NCBI GenBank assembly: GCA_028706195.1 | Contig: JAQWBU010000002.1 | Span: 1 to 46,650 of the forward strand | From: Eubacteriales bacterium | GTDB taxonomy: Bacteria; Bacillota; Clostridia; Saccharofermentanales; DTU023 | Direction of reading: 5' to 3' | Length of the DNA: 46,650 nucleotides | Shown here: one piece after another, positions 25,208 to 33,577 of the stretch | How positions within the stretch are numbered: position 1 is the first letter of the stretch | Layout: every line of letters starts with the position of its first letter | The notes under the pieces: model-generated | Seen by the model: only the letters and a program-made list of their open reading frames with translations | Databases searched by the model: none | Told to the model about the DNA's origin: nothing | Translations under genes and position numbers: made by a program

Positions 25208-27325
25208 CTAGGGGCCCGTTGTCTCTGTCAACGGGCCAATTTGTGCGTAATAATCCTCATCAAGAATCATCCTGCTGAAGTAAAAGCGATTGTGGACTAG
25301 TTCATTGATACTCGCGACGTAATTTTCAGGAATTGATTCCGGATCATATGGAGCATGAACTTCAAAGGCGCCGGTTGAAGACGTATAGCGTCCATACTCG
25401 GAAATCCAGCTCAGATCATTAAACAATACCAGCCCCGGACTATCTGAGAGTATATCCCTTCCCATCAGCAAGCGCGAATCATAAGGAACGCCCATAAGAT
25501 TATAAATTGTCGGCATTAGATCAATGTTGGCAACAGGTTTGTTGATTGCAACCGGTTCCATACCATCAACATAAATAATTCCTGCACTGCGATACAATTC
25601 AAATTGATGATCAACTTCTTCACCTGCGAACTCCTCAAAGCTTGCATCAGATAAGCCATAAGGATAATGGTCCGAACTCAGAACTATCAGGGTGCGATCA
25701 GCTATGCCAGCATCTCGCAAGCGTTCCAGCAAATAGGTCATGGCGTCTTCCAGTTCGAGATTACATGCGATATAGCTCTTGGCCTCATCTGAAAGCGGAA
25801 GATCTTCGACCCTATGCCAGTTCTTTGTCACCATGGCATTACCGAGGCGTGTGTAGGCCGCATGGCCACTCACCGTCAGGTAATAGATATTAAAAGGTTC
25901 CTGATCGATCCACATATCGACCGAAAGTTCCATCATTTCCAGATCGGATTCCGGCCAGGTTGGCGTCACCGGCAGTCCCTTGCCCAAGGCGTAGTATTCG
26001 TAACCCATAGCAGGATGTGAGACGTCCCGTGAATAATAATCAAAAGTATGATTATGGAATGCATAGGATGCGTAATCCGGCAAGCGGTTCGGGTAACTGA
26101 ATGGCTGTTCCCTGGAAGCCATGTGATATAGACTCCAGACCCCGTCTTTTGGATAGAGGCTGGTTACTATCACATATTCACCATCATAAGTAGAAACGCT
26201 CCAGACCGGATTGTAGAAGTTTTTCAGATGGAAACCTTCCGTCATCATCTTATACAGTGTCGGGGTCAGCTCGGGGTCAGGTACATAATGAGAAAAACTC
26301 TCGGCTGTAATTACAATCAAGTTGTAGCCCTCAAACATCCCTGTATATTCATTAGTCATAGTGGGCTCAACACTGCCGAAATATTTGTCCATTTGCGCCA
26401 AAACTTCACTATCTCTTCCGGACGCCAGGTCTTCAAAGTCGATATTAAGAACATTAGGAACATATTCAACAACAGGGGGCTCCGTTTCACTTGGAGCAGC
26501 TGTTTGCGACGGTTCCGTGCCATTGGGACTTGTAGTAGTAGTCTCCCCGGGATTTTCGCTTGTCGGCACAGTTGACGTCGTCGGCATGGCCGGCAGTGTA
26601 GGATCAACGTAGTCATCTTCCAAATAGCCTGGTGAACCTTTTATTTCAATAACTGAGTTTCGCAAATCAATGCCTATAGCCGTATATGTGCCAAAATACT
26701 CAGATGCCTGATAAGGGCGATTAAGATAGAGGAAATACTCTCTCGCTGCATAATCTTTCGGCCCGAAAAGTAATGCCGCATGAACAGCAAGCCCTGTCAG
26801 CAAGGCAAGGATCAGAGGCATAAAACGTTTCCAGCCAAGGCCGGTTTTAAAATCGCTTTTAGCTTTAGATAAGAGGAAGGCGTAGAGAATTACGGGCAGG
26901 AAAAGCAAAATTATCGCCCACAGCATATTCCAGATCAACTGCAGGATAATGTCCATGAATTCGACAATCTGTCCGCCGCGTCCCACTGAACTCAGGATGA
27001 AATAATTGCGAAAAAAACTGTAATAAACTAATTGAGCACTTATGAAGAAAGTGGCTATAAATAATAAAGCATTAGTTACAATTCGCCTCGCCTTAGGAGG
27101 AATTATTGCTACTATGCCCCAGGCTAAAACCCCATTGAGAATTGCGAAAAACAAGACGGAAAAATAGTTCGGGTTGAAGCCGCCTGTTCTGGTCAGGGCA
27201 TACATTAACGTTTCCTGATATACAAAAAATAAAATCATGAAAATACCAAGAATACAGAAATGACCCTTAGCATCCAAGTTCTTATATTTAGAATTAATAT
27301 TGTAAAGACTGTCTTTTAGTTTCAA
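25208..27325 (-). CDS. LTA synthase (LtaS)-family sulfatase-domain membrane protein
   Basis: 705 aa. About 5-6 N-terminal TM helices, a Thr/Pro-rich linker, and an extracellular alkaline-phosphatase/sulfatase fold (SSDHYPYG). TTG start has GGAG 8 nt upstream. Confidence 0.85.
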   Translation of the reverse strand: MKLKDSLYNINSKYKNLDAKGHFCILGIFMILFFVYQETLMYALTRTGGFNPNYFSVLFFAILNGVLAWGIVAIIPPKARRIVTNALLFIATFFISAQLVYYSFFRNYFILSSVGRGGQIVEFMDIILQLIWNMLWAIILLFLPVILYAFLLSKAKSDFKTGLGWKRFMPLILALLTGLAVHAALLFGPKDYAAREYFLYLNRPYQASEYFGTYTAIGIDLRNSVIEIKGSPGYLEDDYVDPTLPAMPTTSTVPTSENPGETTTTSPNGTEPSQTAAPSETEPPVVEYVPNVLNIDFEDLASGRDSEVLAQMDKYFGSVEPTMTNEYTGMFEGYNLIVITAESFSHYVPDPELTPTLYKMMTEGFHLKNFYNPVWSVSTYDGEYVIVTSLYPKDGVWSLYHMASREQPFSYPNRLPDYASYAFHNHTFDYYSRDVSHPAMGYEYYALGKGLPVTPTWPESDLEMMELSVDMWIDQEPFNIYYLTVSGHAAYTRLGNAMVTKNWHRVEDLPLSDEAKSYIACNLELEDAMTYLLERLRDAGIADRTLIVLSSDHYPYGLSDASFEEFAGEEVDHQFELYRSAGIIYVDGMEPVAINKPVANIDLMPTIYNLMGVPYDSRLLMGRDILSDSPGLVLFNDLSWISEYGRYTSSTGAFEVHAPYDPESIPENYVASINELVHNRFYFSRMILDEDYYAQIGPLTETTGP

Positions 27326-27497
27326 AGAACTTTCTCCAATCCTTGAGCTTGTTCCATTTGTAAAAGCGGGTTGATTATATCTTAAATCACATATCGACTG
27401 CTATTGCTGAATCATGACGTTAATAATACTCCTATACCTTCATCCGGGCAATTAATGTTAGTAGAAACATTCAAGTATCTATTTTGAAAGGACTAAG

Positions 27498-28538
27498 ATG
27501 AAGGCAGTTATTTTGATAGTGGAAAACAGAACGGCATATCGTGAAAGACTTATGGCTGGCCTGCAGCAATCCGGGGACTATGAAGTAGTTGCAGCTGCCA
27601 ACATCCGGGAGGTAAACAAGCTGGATGAGGATAAATTCAATCGGGTTGCCCTCATCCTGACATCTGAGTTCTTCTCAGACCCTCTCGCCAGCATCTTTCC
27701 GGGAACTCTTCGACTGGAATTTACTGATAAGCCACAGGATGACTCAGCGAAGAAACTTCATCTTTATGTCCCCGAGATAGTTAGACAAGGCCAATTCTAT
27801 CTCTCCCGTCACTCTTCCATCACATACATCAGAGAAATCATCGCAAGTATCCTGATTCAGCCTTTAGCTGCGCGTAAAGAAGAGAAGGCGGAGTTTTCCG
27901 CTCAGATAAGCGATCAAAGCGAAAGCGAAACCTTCACCACACAAGCTGATCACTCACTCGGTAGTTTACTCTTCTTCTCCCGTGACGAACGCATTAAAGC
28001 GTCAACGACTATCCTCCGCAGTGGGAAGAAAAAAGCTCATGACATGATTTATCTGCCTCTGATGCCTTTATACGATATGGCTTTCTCTTTCCGCTCAGGC
28101 GGCAGCCAGACACTCGGCGACCTGCTCTTGATGCTCAAAAGCGGCCGTGCTCCTGAGCATGAGGACCTTGGCAGTTATCTCTACCTGCACAACGATGGCT
28201 ACTACACCTTCACCTGTCCCAACCGGGCGGATGATCTGATCTGTGCCGATAAGAGGAGTTTGCGTGAGCTCATAGTTCTGCTGAGAAAATATTTGGAAAC
28301 ACGTGCCGCACCGACCCATTCTTTGATAGAAATATCAGGTCTGACTCTGGAAAAGCACGCCATGATAGCTGCGCTTTGTGACTATGTTGTAATCGAGACT
28401 CCGACAAAAACAACATCTGCTGCTCTGATTGCGCAACAGGAGCTGGCCTTGTTTCTCAGTAAGTTACCTGGCTCCTGCGAAATCTATGAAAGCCAGCACG
28501 TCGCCACACTTCATGAGGAAGCACCATGGTTTTATTAA
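27498..28538 (+). CDS. TadZ/CpaE-like pilus assembly protein: atypical receiver domain + degenerate ParA/MinD-like domain
   Basis: 346 aa. N-terminal KAVILIVEN...RVALILTSEFF has the CheY-like strand pattern, but the acidic pocket is replaced (EN for DD; T/S at the phospho-Asp position). The second domain aligns to CpaE, but the Walker A position reads FFSRDERIKASTT instead of KGGxGKT. It overlaps the CpaF start by 13 nt. Confidence 0.6.
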   Translation: MKAVILIVENRTAYRERLMAGLQQSGDYEVVAAANIREVNKLDEDKFNRVALILTSEFFSDPLASIFPGTLRLEFTDKPQDDSAKKLHLYVPEIVRQGQFYLSRHSSITYIREIIASILIQPLAARKEEKAEFSAQISDQSESETFTTQADHSLGSLLFFSRDERIKASTTILRSGKKKAHDMIYLPLMPLYDMAFSFRSGGSQTLGDLLLMLKSGRAPEHEDLGSYLYLHNDGYYTFTCPNRADDLICADKRSLRELIVLLRKYLETRAAPTHSLIEISGLTLEKHAMIAALCDYVVIETPTKTTSAALIAQQELALFLSKLPGSCEIYESQHVATLHEEAPWFY

Positions 28539-29659
28539 CTTATAAGGAACAACAGGCTTTCATTCGCAAAATCGTGACGCAGCATAATAGCGAAACCTTA
28601 GCCGATAATGCGGTCTTAAGACAAATCATCATCAATGAAGTGAGGCGACGATCTCGCGGAGATAAGCTGAGCTTACAGCAGCAATCAGACATGATCGATC
28701 TGATTTATAACGCGATGACAGGCCTGGACGTTTTGCAGCCCTACTTTGAAGATCCCGATATTACAGAAATCATGGTCAACCGTCCCGATGAAATTTATAT
28801 TGAGCGAAAAGGCCAGATGCAACTGATGGACCTGCACTTTGATTCGCGCGAACATTTGACGAATGTGATAACGCGATTTTTCGGGCGGGCCAACAAGGTC
28901 ATACACGAACGTTCTCCCATTGCTGACATGCGCCTGCCTGACGGCTCCAGGGTGCATGCAGTTCTGCCTCCGGCAGCTCCTGATGGTCCGATCCTTTCAA
29001 TCAGACGTTTCACCGGTATTTTGCCCCGTATGAGCGCCCTGGTTGACAACGGCACTTTAACGAAAAGAGAAGCCGATTTATTGCAGACAGCGGTTGTGAC
29101 ACGTCAAAGTATTTTCATCAGCGGGGGAACTGCCTCAGGAAAGACAACTATGCTGAACGCTTTAGCTGCTTATATTCCTCCTAACGAACGCGTCGTCACG
29201 ATTGAGGACGCCGCTGAACTTGAGCTCTCAGGTCAACATAACCTGGTCCGGCTGGAAGCAAGGAAAGCGGGTTTTGATGAGCGTGGTGCCATCACATTGA
29301 CTGATTTGATCCGATCTTCTCTACGACTGCGACCGGATCGCATTATCGTCGGTGAAGTACGCGGCAAAGAAACCTACGACATGATTCAGGCCATGCAGAC
29401 GGGACACCCCGGGTCAATGTCAACTGGGCATGGCAACTCAGTCGCCGATATGCTGGACCGCCTATCGCTTTTCCTCATGACGGCATCAGATCTTCCCTGG
29501 GAAGCCAGTCGACGCATGGTCGCATCTGCGATTGACCTCATGGTTCATTTGAGACGAGATTCCTCGGGCCAGCGAAGAATCGAGGAGATTGTCAGGATCG
29601 ACGGCTACAACAATGGCAAGTTCACTTTGGAGCCCTATCAGGAAGGAGCCTCTGAATGA
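28526..29659 (+). CDS. cpaF: CpaF/TadA-family type II/IV secretion ATPase
   Basis: 377 aa. Walker A GGTASGKTT, Asp box VVTIEDAAELEL, Walker B RPDRIIVGEVRGKE, and His box TGHPGSMSTGH. Confidence 0.92.
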   Translation: MVLLTYKEQQAFIRKIVTQHNSETLADNAVLRQIIINEVRRRSRGDKLSLQQQSDMIDLIYNAMTGLDVLQPYFEDPDITEIMVNRPDEIYIERKGQMQLMDLHFDSREHLTNVITRFFGRANKVIHERSPIADMRLPDGSRVHAVLPPAAPDGPILSIRRFTGILPRMSALVDNGTLTKREADLLQTAVVTRQSIFISGGTASGKTTMLNALAAYIPPNERVVTIEDAAELELSGQHNLVRLEARKAGFDERGAITLTDLIRSSLRLRPDRIIVGEVRGKETYDMIQAMQTGHPGSMSTGHGNSVADMLDRLSLFLMTASDLPWEASRRMVASAIDLMVHLRRDSSGQRRIEEIVRIDGYNNGKFTLEPYQEGASE

Positions 29660-31200
29660 AAAATATTTTATTGTCCCATGGATCAGTTTACCTTCGCTTT
29701 TCGATCTTAGGCTTGCTGTTGGTGGTCTTTCTGGGAATTCCCTACGGTCTGAACATAATGCAGGAACCCGCATATTTTGTCATTGCTGCTTTAATCTTAG
29801 GTTTGGGTTTTGCTTTCATGTGGCAATCCTCCTATAGAGAAAGCAAAAAGAAACATTATCTGCATTTTCTATCTTATCTGAGCGGTCGCTTGAACATGGG
29901 TGTCAGCTTGGAGCGGGCACTCTATGAGTCAGTTGAACCTTTGGCAAAAGAGCTGGGCCAGCATCAGCTTCTGATTCGCACACTAAAATCTCTGCGCAGC
30001 AATCTCGATGCACAGATGTCTCTGGATGATATCTTGCAGCTATTTGCTGAAAAAATGAACTTAAGCGTCTGCACAGAGGATATGCGGCTCTTGACATTGA
30101 TGGCCAACGCGGGCGGCAAGGTGGAAGAATTCATAAAGCAGCGCCATCGGTCCTTATCTACTCAGATGTCGATTCAGGCGGATGTTGCTACTGAATATAA
30201 GGGCAAATCTACAGAAGCCATCTTGTTGTCAGCCATGCCATTTTTCATGGCATTTTTCTTTTTACAAAAAAACGTTCAGGACTCCGCTTCTAATACTCCG
30301 GTTCTATGGCGTGGCCTGCTCTTTATCGCAGCAGTATTCTCAATTTTTCTTGTCATGCAAATCGTGTCCTGGCGTGAACCCGCTCCTGCCTCAGAGAAGA
30401 AAAGCAAAAAGCCCGGGAAGAAAAAGAAGAAGAGAAGTGCGGCTAAAGAAATTAAAGCTGGTCTTTGGACCAACACCCTGACACGTCTTTATCTGAATGT
30501 GCTCCCCGGAAACCTCGGTCTCCGTTTGTCGGAAGCGATGGCGACAGTTTCACCCGATGGTGAAGCGTCCTGGAAGCAGCATTTCCATGAAAAGAAACTC
30601 TACCTGGCATGGGGATTAGTACTTTTTCTGTTCTCACGCCTGATCGGCACTGTTTCCATTTCTATTGGTATCTTAGTAGCTAGTTTCCCCTTTGTTTTTC
30701 ATGACATAGCCTTAATGGCTAAGGCCAGAGACATGCGCATAGATTATAGATATTACGCTCCGGGCACAATCAGCACCATGGAAATTCTGCTATCCAGCCA
30801 GCTGACACTTGAAAGGAGCTTGCAAATATTGGGGCAGACTTCCGCACCTTCAAAAACCGATTCTCAACCTCTGCAGAGAGATATAAGACAAGCCGTACAA
30901 CTGTTGGACAAAGGTTACAGTGGCTATGATGCGGTTCATTTCCTGGCCGAGCGCTGCCCTCTGCCCGAAATCCAATCAGCTCTACAGCTGATGGCGCGTT
31001 ATAGCCAGCAAGGAGGTGCAGAATTACTTGAGCTGCTACACTTGCAGACTCAGCATATCTGGCAGCTTTTTCGTCACACACAACGCAGCATGTTGGAACA
31101 TCGCATGATGCGCCTGATAATACCTATGGCGCTGGATCTGTTTATTATCATTGCCACCATCGCTCTGCCCTTCGTCTTTGAATTCGGCAGCTTACTGTGA
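29656..31200 (+). CDS. Fused TadB-TadC platform protein (two T2SSF-like halves joined by a poly-lysine linker)
   Basis: 514 aa. ATGA overlap with cpaF. Each half has TM pairs flanking a soluble helical T2SSF-type segment. The linker SEKKSKKPGKKKKKRSAAKE is at aa 246-265. Confidence 0.75.
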   Translation: MKNILLSHGSVYLRFSILGLLLVVFLGIPYGLNIMQEPAYFVIAALILGLGFAFMWQSSYRESKKKHYLHFLSYLSGRLNMGVSLERALYESVEPLAKELGQHQLLIRTLKSLRSNLDAQMSLDDILQLFAEKMNLSVCTEDMRLLTLMANAGGKVEEFIKQRHRSLSTQMSIQADVATEYKGKSTEAILLSAMPFFMAFFFLQKNVQDSASNTPVLWRGLLFIAAVFSIFLVMQIVSWREPAPASEKKSKKPGKKKKKRSAAKEIKAGLWTNTLTRLYLNVLPGNLGLRLSEAMATVSPDGEASWKQHFHEKKLYLAWGLVLFLFSRLIGTVSISIGILVASFPFVFHDIALMAKARDMRIDYRYYAPGTISTMEILLSSQLTLERSLQILGQTSAPSKTDSQPLQRDIRQAVQLLDKGYSGYDAVHFLAERCPLPEIQSALQLMARYSQQGGAELLELLHLQTQHIWQLFRHTQRSMLEHRMMRLIIPMALDLFIIIATIALPFVFEFGSLL

Positions 31201-31299
31201 GTCGATTTGACTGAGAAAACCTCCATATGTCATGAAACTCCCCCAAGAAAAGTGCAAGATCACCTGCACAATTAATCTACTCAAAGAAAGGAGAAAATT

Positions 31300-31536
31300 A
31301 TGAAAAACTTGAATTCCGAAAACAGAAAGAACGTATTCAGGAGAAGTACAAAATCGCGAATCTCAAATTTACAAAAAAATGTTTATTGTGTACCCGCAGT
31401 AGGATCCCTTGAGATTGTAATAATAATAGCTGTGCTGCTTTCTATTGCTCTCATCTTTCGCACTCAGATAACAAGCTTTGCCAATAGTCTTTTCACCAAA
31501 GTCTTTGATCAGAGCTATATTACCAATTTACCATGA
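31300..31536 (+). CDS. Flp1-like type IVb prepilin
   Basis: 78 aa. Basic leader of about 34 aa, then AVGSLEIVIIIAVLLSIALIFRTQITSFANSLFTKVF. This is a Gly plus Glu plus hydrophobic helix pattern, as in Firmicutes Flp1-like pilins. AAAGGAG RBS. Confidence 0.7.
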   Translation: MKNLNSENRKNVFRRSTKSRISNLQKNVYCVPAVGSLEIVIIIAVLLSIALIFRTQITSFANSLFTKVFDQSYITNLP

Positions 31537-32801
31537 TAGAACATGACCCAATTGGAAGCAGGAGCGACGTAAGAAAATCTGCTGAACCGGTAGATTTTCA
31601 GCGAAACAGTTTCAGAATATGGAATTTTTTTCTAAATTATTCCGCAGCTGACTGTCCGCTGGCAGATCCAGAACAGGAAAACAAGATTCTTCGCTATCCT
31701 CCTCCTGAAATCCTTCGCAGCAACTGGTACCTGAACAAAAATGTCCTGACAGTTCAAATTTACGGAGAGAATCTCAAAGCACTGTGTGAACTGGATCAGG
31801 CCGAGAAGAAGAAATCGGATTTAGGTCTAGAAAGATTCTTATCAATCATCAAAGGATGTGAGCGGCTGGAAGAGGAACTCTTGACTGTGGAACCCCTGTT
31901 CCTCCATCCAGCGCTCATTTATTTTTCTGCTGATGCGAAGATTCTATCTTTACCCTTCCCTCCCGGCTTGGTTTCCGCTGCATCTCCGCTACACCAGACT
32001 GCAAACCCTTGGATATTCTCAGCGATGAATGCTGAAGTTTCACAAGACTCTTCTCTGGCGGGTCTCTTGCGTTGGATCGGCAAAAATTACTCTATTAGTA
32101 ATGACACTATTAATGAGCTGCTGCCTTTTTGTCAGGAAGAGAATTACCGAAAGTTGCACCTGATATTATCGGGCCAGGAGGAAGCCAACGAAAGCAACGC
32201 ACTAGACCTACAGGATGTTGGGAAAAATAGCCCATACTCCGCATCAGAAGATACTGTCGACAAGAGAAAAGCAGCTTGGAATGAGCTATCTGAGAACCCT
32301 GCCAAAAGGAGAAAGAATGTTATGAATGGTTCAAACACAGAGAACAGTAAAGCAATTTCATCTGAAAATTCGAAAAAATCAAAAAAATCTACCGGCTTCT
32401 TTAGCGGCTTGCGCTCACGCTACTCACGCGATTTTCAGCTAAGTGAGAAAACAGCCGATCTGGTACTCGAAGACCCATTCTTTCGCATGGCCTGCTTGTC
32501 AGAAGGCTTGCCGGGAACCAAAGAAGAAAAATTAGGACATCGCGCATTCATATTGCTTGATGAGTTTCTGATCGGACGTGACTCGGATATAGTCGATTTT
32601 TGGATAGATTCGCAAAATGTAAGTCGTCAACATGCGCGCATTATAAGAAGACAGGGCAGCTTCTTTATTGAAGATCTCGGATCACGCAATTCCACTTTGC
32701 TGGACGGCAAAAAAGTCAATAAGCACAGAGAGTATCTTCTTCCTGACAAGTGCCGATTGACTTTTGCTGACAAGGCTTATTATTTTGAAGCCAGTAGTTG
32801 A
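31533..32801 (+). CDS. Cytoplasmic FHA-domain protein with an unrecognised N-terminal domain
   Basis: 422 aa. ATGA overlap with the pilin stop. C-terminal FHA signature LIGRDSDIVDFWIDSQNVSRQHARI...FIEDLGSRNSTLLDGKKV. A Ser/Lys-rich disordered linker is present. No TM segment. Confidence 0.85.
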   Translation: MIEHDPIGSRSDVRKSAEPVDFQRNSFRIWNFFLNYSAADCPLADPEQENKILRYPPPEILRSNWYLNKNVLTVQIYGENLKALCELDQAEKKKSDLGLERFLSIIKGCERLEEELLTVEPLFLHPALIYFSADAKILSLPFPPGLVSAASPLHQTANPWIFSAMNAEVSQDSSLAGLLRWIGKNYSISNDTINELLPFCQEENYRKLHLILSGQEEANESNALDLQDVGKNSPYSASEDTVDKRKAAWNELSENPAKRRKNVMNGSNTENSKAISSENSKKSKKSTGFFSGLRSRYSRDFQLSEKTADLVLEDPFFRMACLSEGLPGTKEEKLGHRAFILLDEFLIGRDSDIVDFWIDSQNVSRQHARIIRRQGSFFIEDLGSRNSTLLDGKKVNKHREYLLPDKCRLTFADKAYYFEASS

Positions 32802-33449
32802 TTACTTGGTTCCGAACAAACGATCTCCGGCATCTCCCAATCCCGGCAGAATATAGGCGTGAGAGTTAAGCCCTTCATCAAGAGCTGCGCAGTAAATAGG
32901 AACCTTCGGGTGCGCCTCATGCAGATGCTTGATTCCTTCAGGAGCGGCTATCAGGCAAACAAATTTGATGCTCTCAATATTGCGTTCTTTGAGAAAATCT
33001 ACCGCAGCTACCGCTGAGTTGCCGGTTGCAAGCATAGGATCCAGGAGAATAACGTCTCGGGTCGCCACGTCATCTGGTAATTTGCAATAATACTCGACCG
33101 GTTCCAAAGTTTCCGGATCACGATACAGGCCTATATGTCCTACTTTGGCCGAAGGTACCAGATTTAGCATGCCATCCACCATGCCCAGCCCCGCACGAAG
33201 TATTGGCACCAGGGCGAGGTCTTTGCCTGCGATCATCTTGCCCGTCATCTTTGCCATCGGAGTTTCAATTTCGACGTCTTTTAACGGGAGATCACGCGTC
33301 ACTTCGTAGGCCATTAGCATGGCGACTTCATTGACCAGATCACGAAAATCTTTTGTATTGGTGTTCTTGTCCCGCATCATTGTGATTTTGTGTTGAATCA
33401 GAGGGTGATCAAAAATGAAAACACCGCCCATTTCTCTTGCATCGTTCAT
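32802..33449 (-). CDS. upp: Uracil phosphoribosyltransferase
   Basis: ORF track extends to 33548, but the ATG at 33449 has GGAGG 9 nt upstream. That start gives about 215 aa, the typical Upp size. PRPP motif [13 protein letters not shown] and C-terminal [16 protein letters not shown]. Confidence 0.93.
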   Translation of the reverse strand: MNDAREMGGVFIFDHPLIQHKITMMRDKNTNTKDFRDLVNEVAMLMAYEVTRDLPLKDVEIETPMAKMTGKMIAGKDLALVPILRAGLGMVDGMLNLVPSAKVGHIGLYRDPETLEPVEYYCKLPDDVATRDVILLDPMLATGNSAVAAVDFLKERNIESIKFVCLIAAPEGIKHLHEAHPKVPIYCAALDEGLNSHAYILPGLGDAGDRLFGTK

Positions 33450-33548
33450 TGGGTAAATCCTCCTCAGCGTTTGCCTCTGGTGTGCGCGGTGTGTGGGCAG
33501 ATCAAACAGCCAAATCACCGTGCATATTGCTTTGACTTTCTGATCCAC

Positions 33549-33577
33549 AGTTTAACGCAGCATGATAAAGCTGACAA
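33549..33577 (-). promoter_or_regulatory. Putative upp promoter
   Basis: On the minus strand: TTGTCA (33572-33577), 17 nt, TAAACT (33549-33554). It lies about 100 nt upstream of the upp ATG. Confidence 0.4.

Noticed and set aside
33450-33500. CCAGAGGCAAAC in the upp leader, as a possible PyrR binding loop
   Set aside because: The PyrR consensus requires ARUCCAGAGAGGYU inside a specific stem-loop. Here the GAGAGG core is shortened to GAGG, and no convincing anti-antiterminator or terminator set is present.
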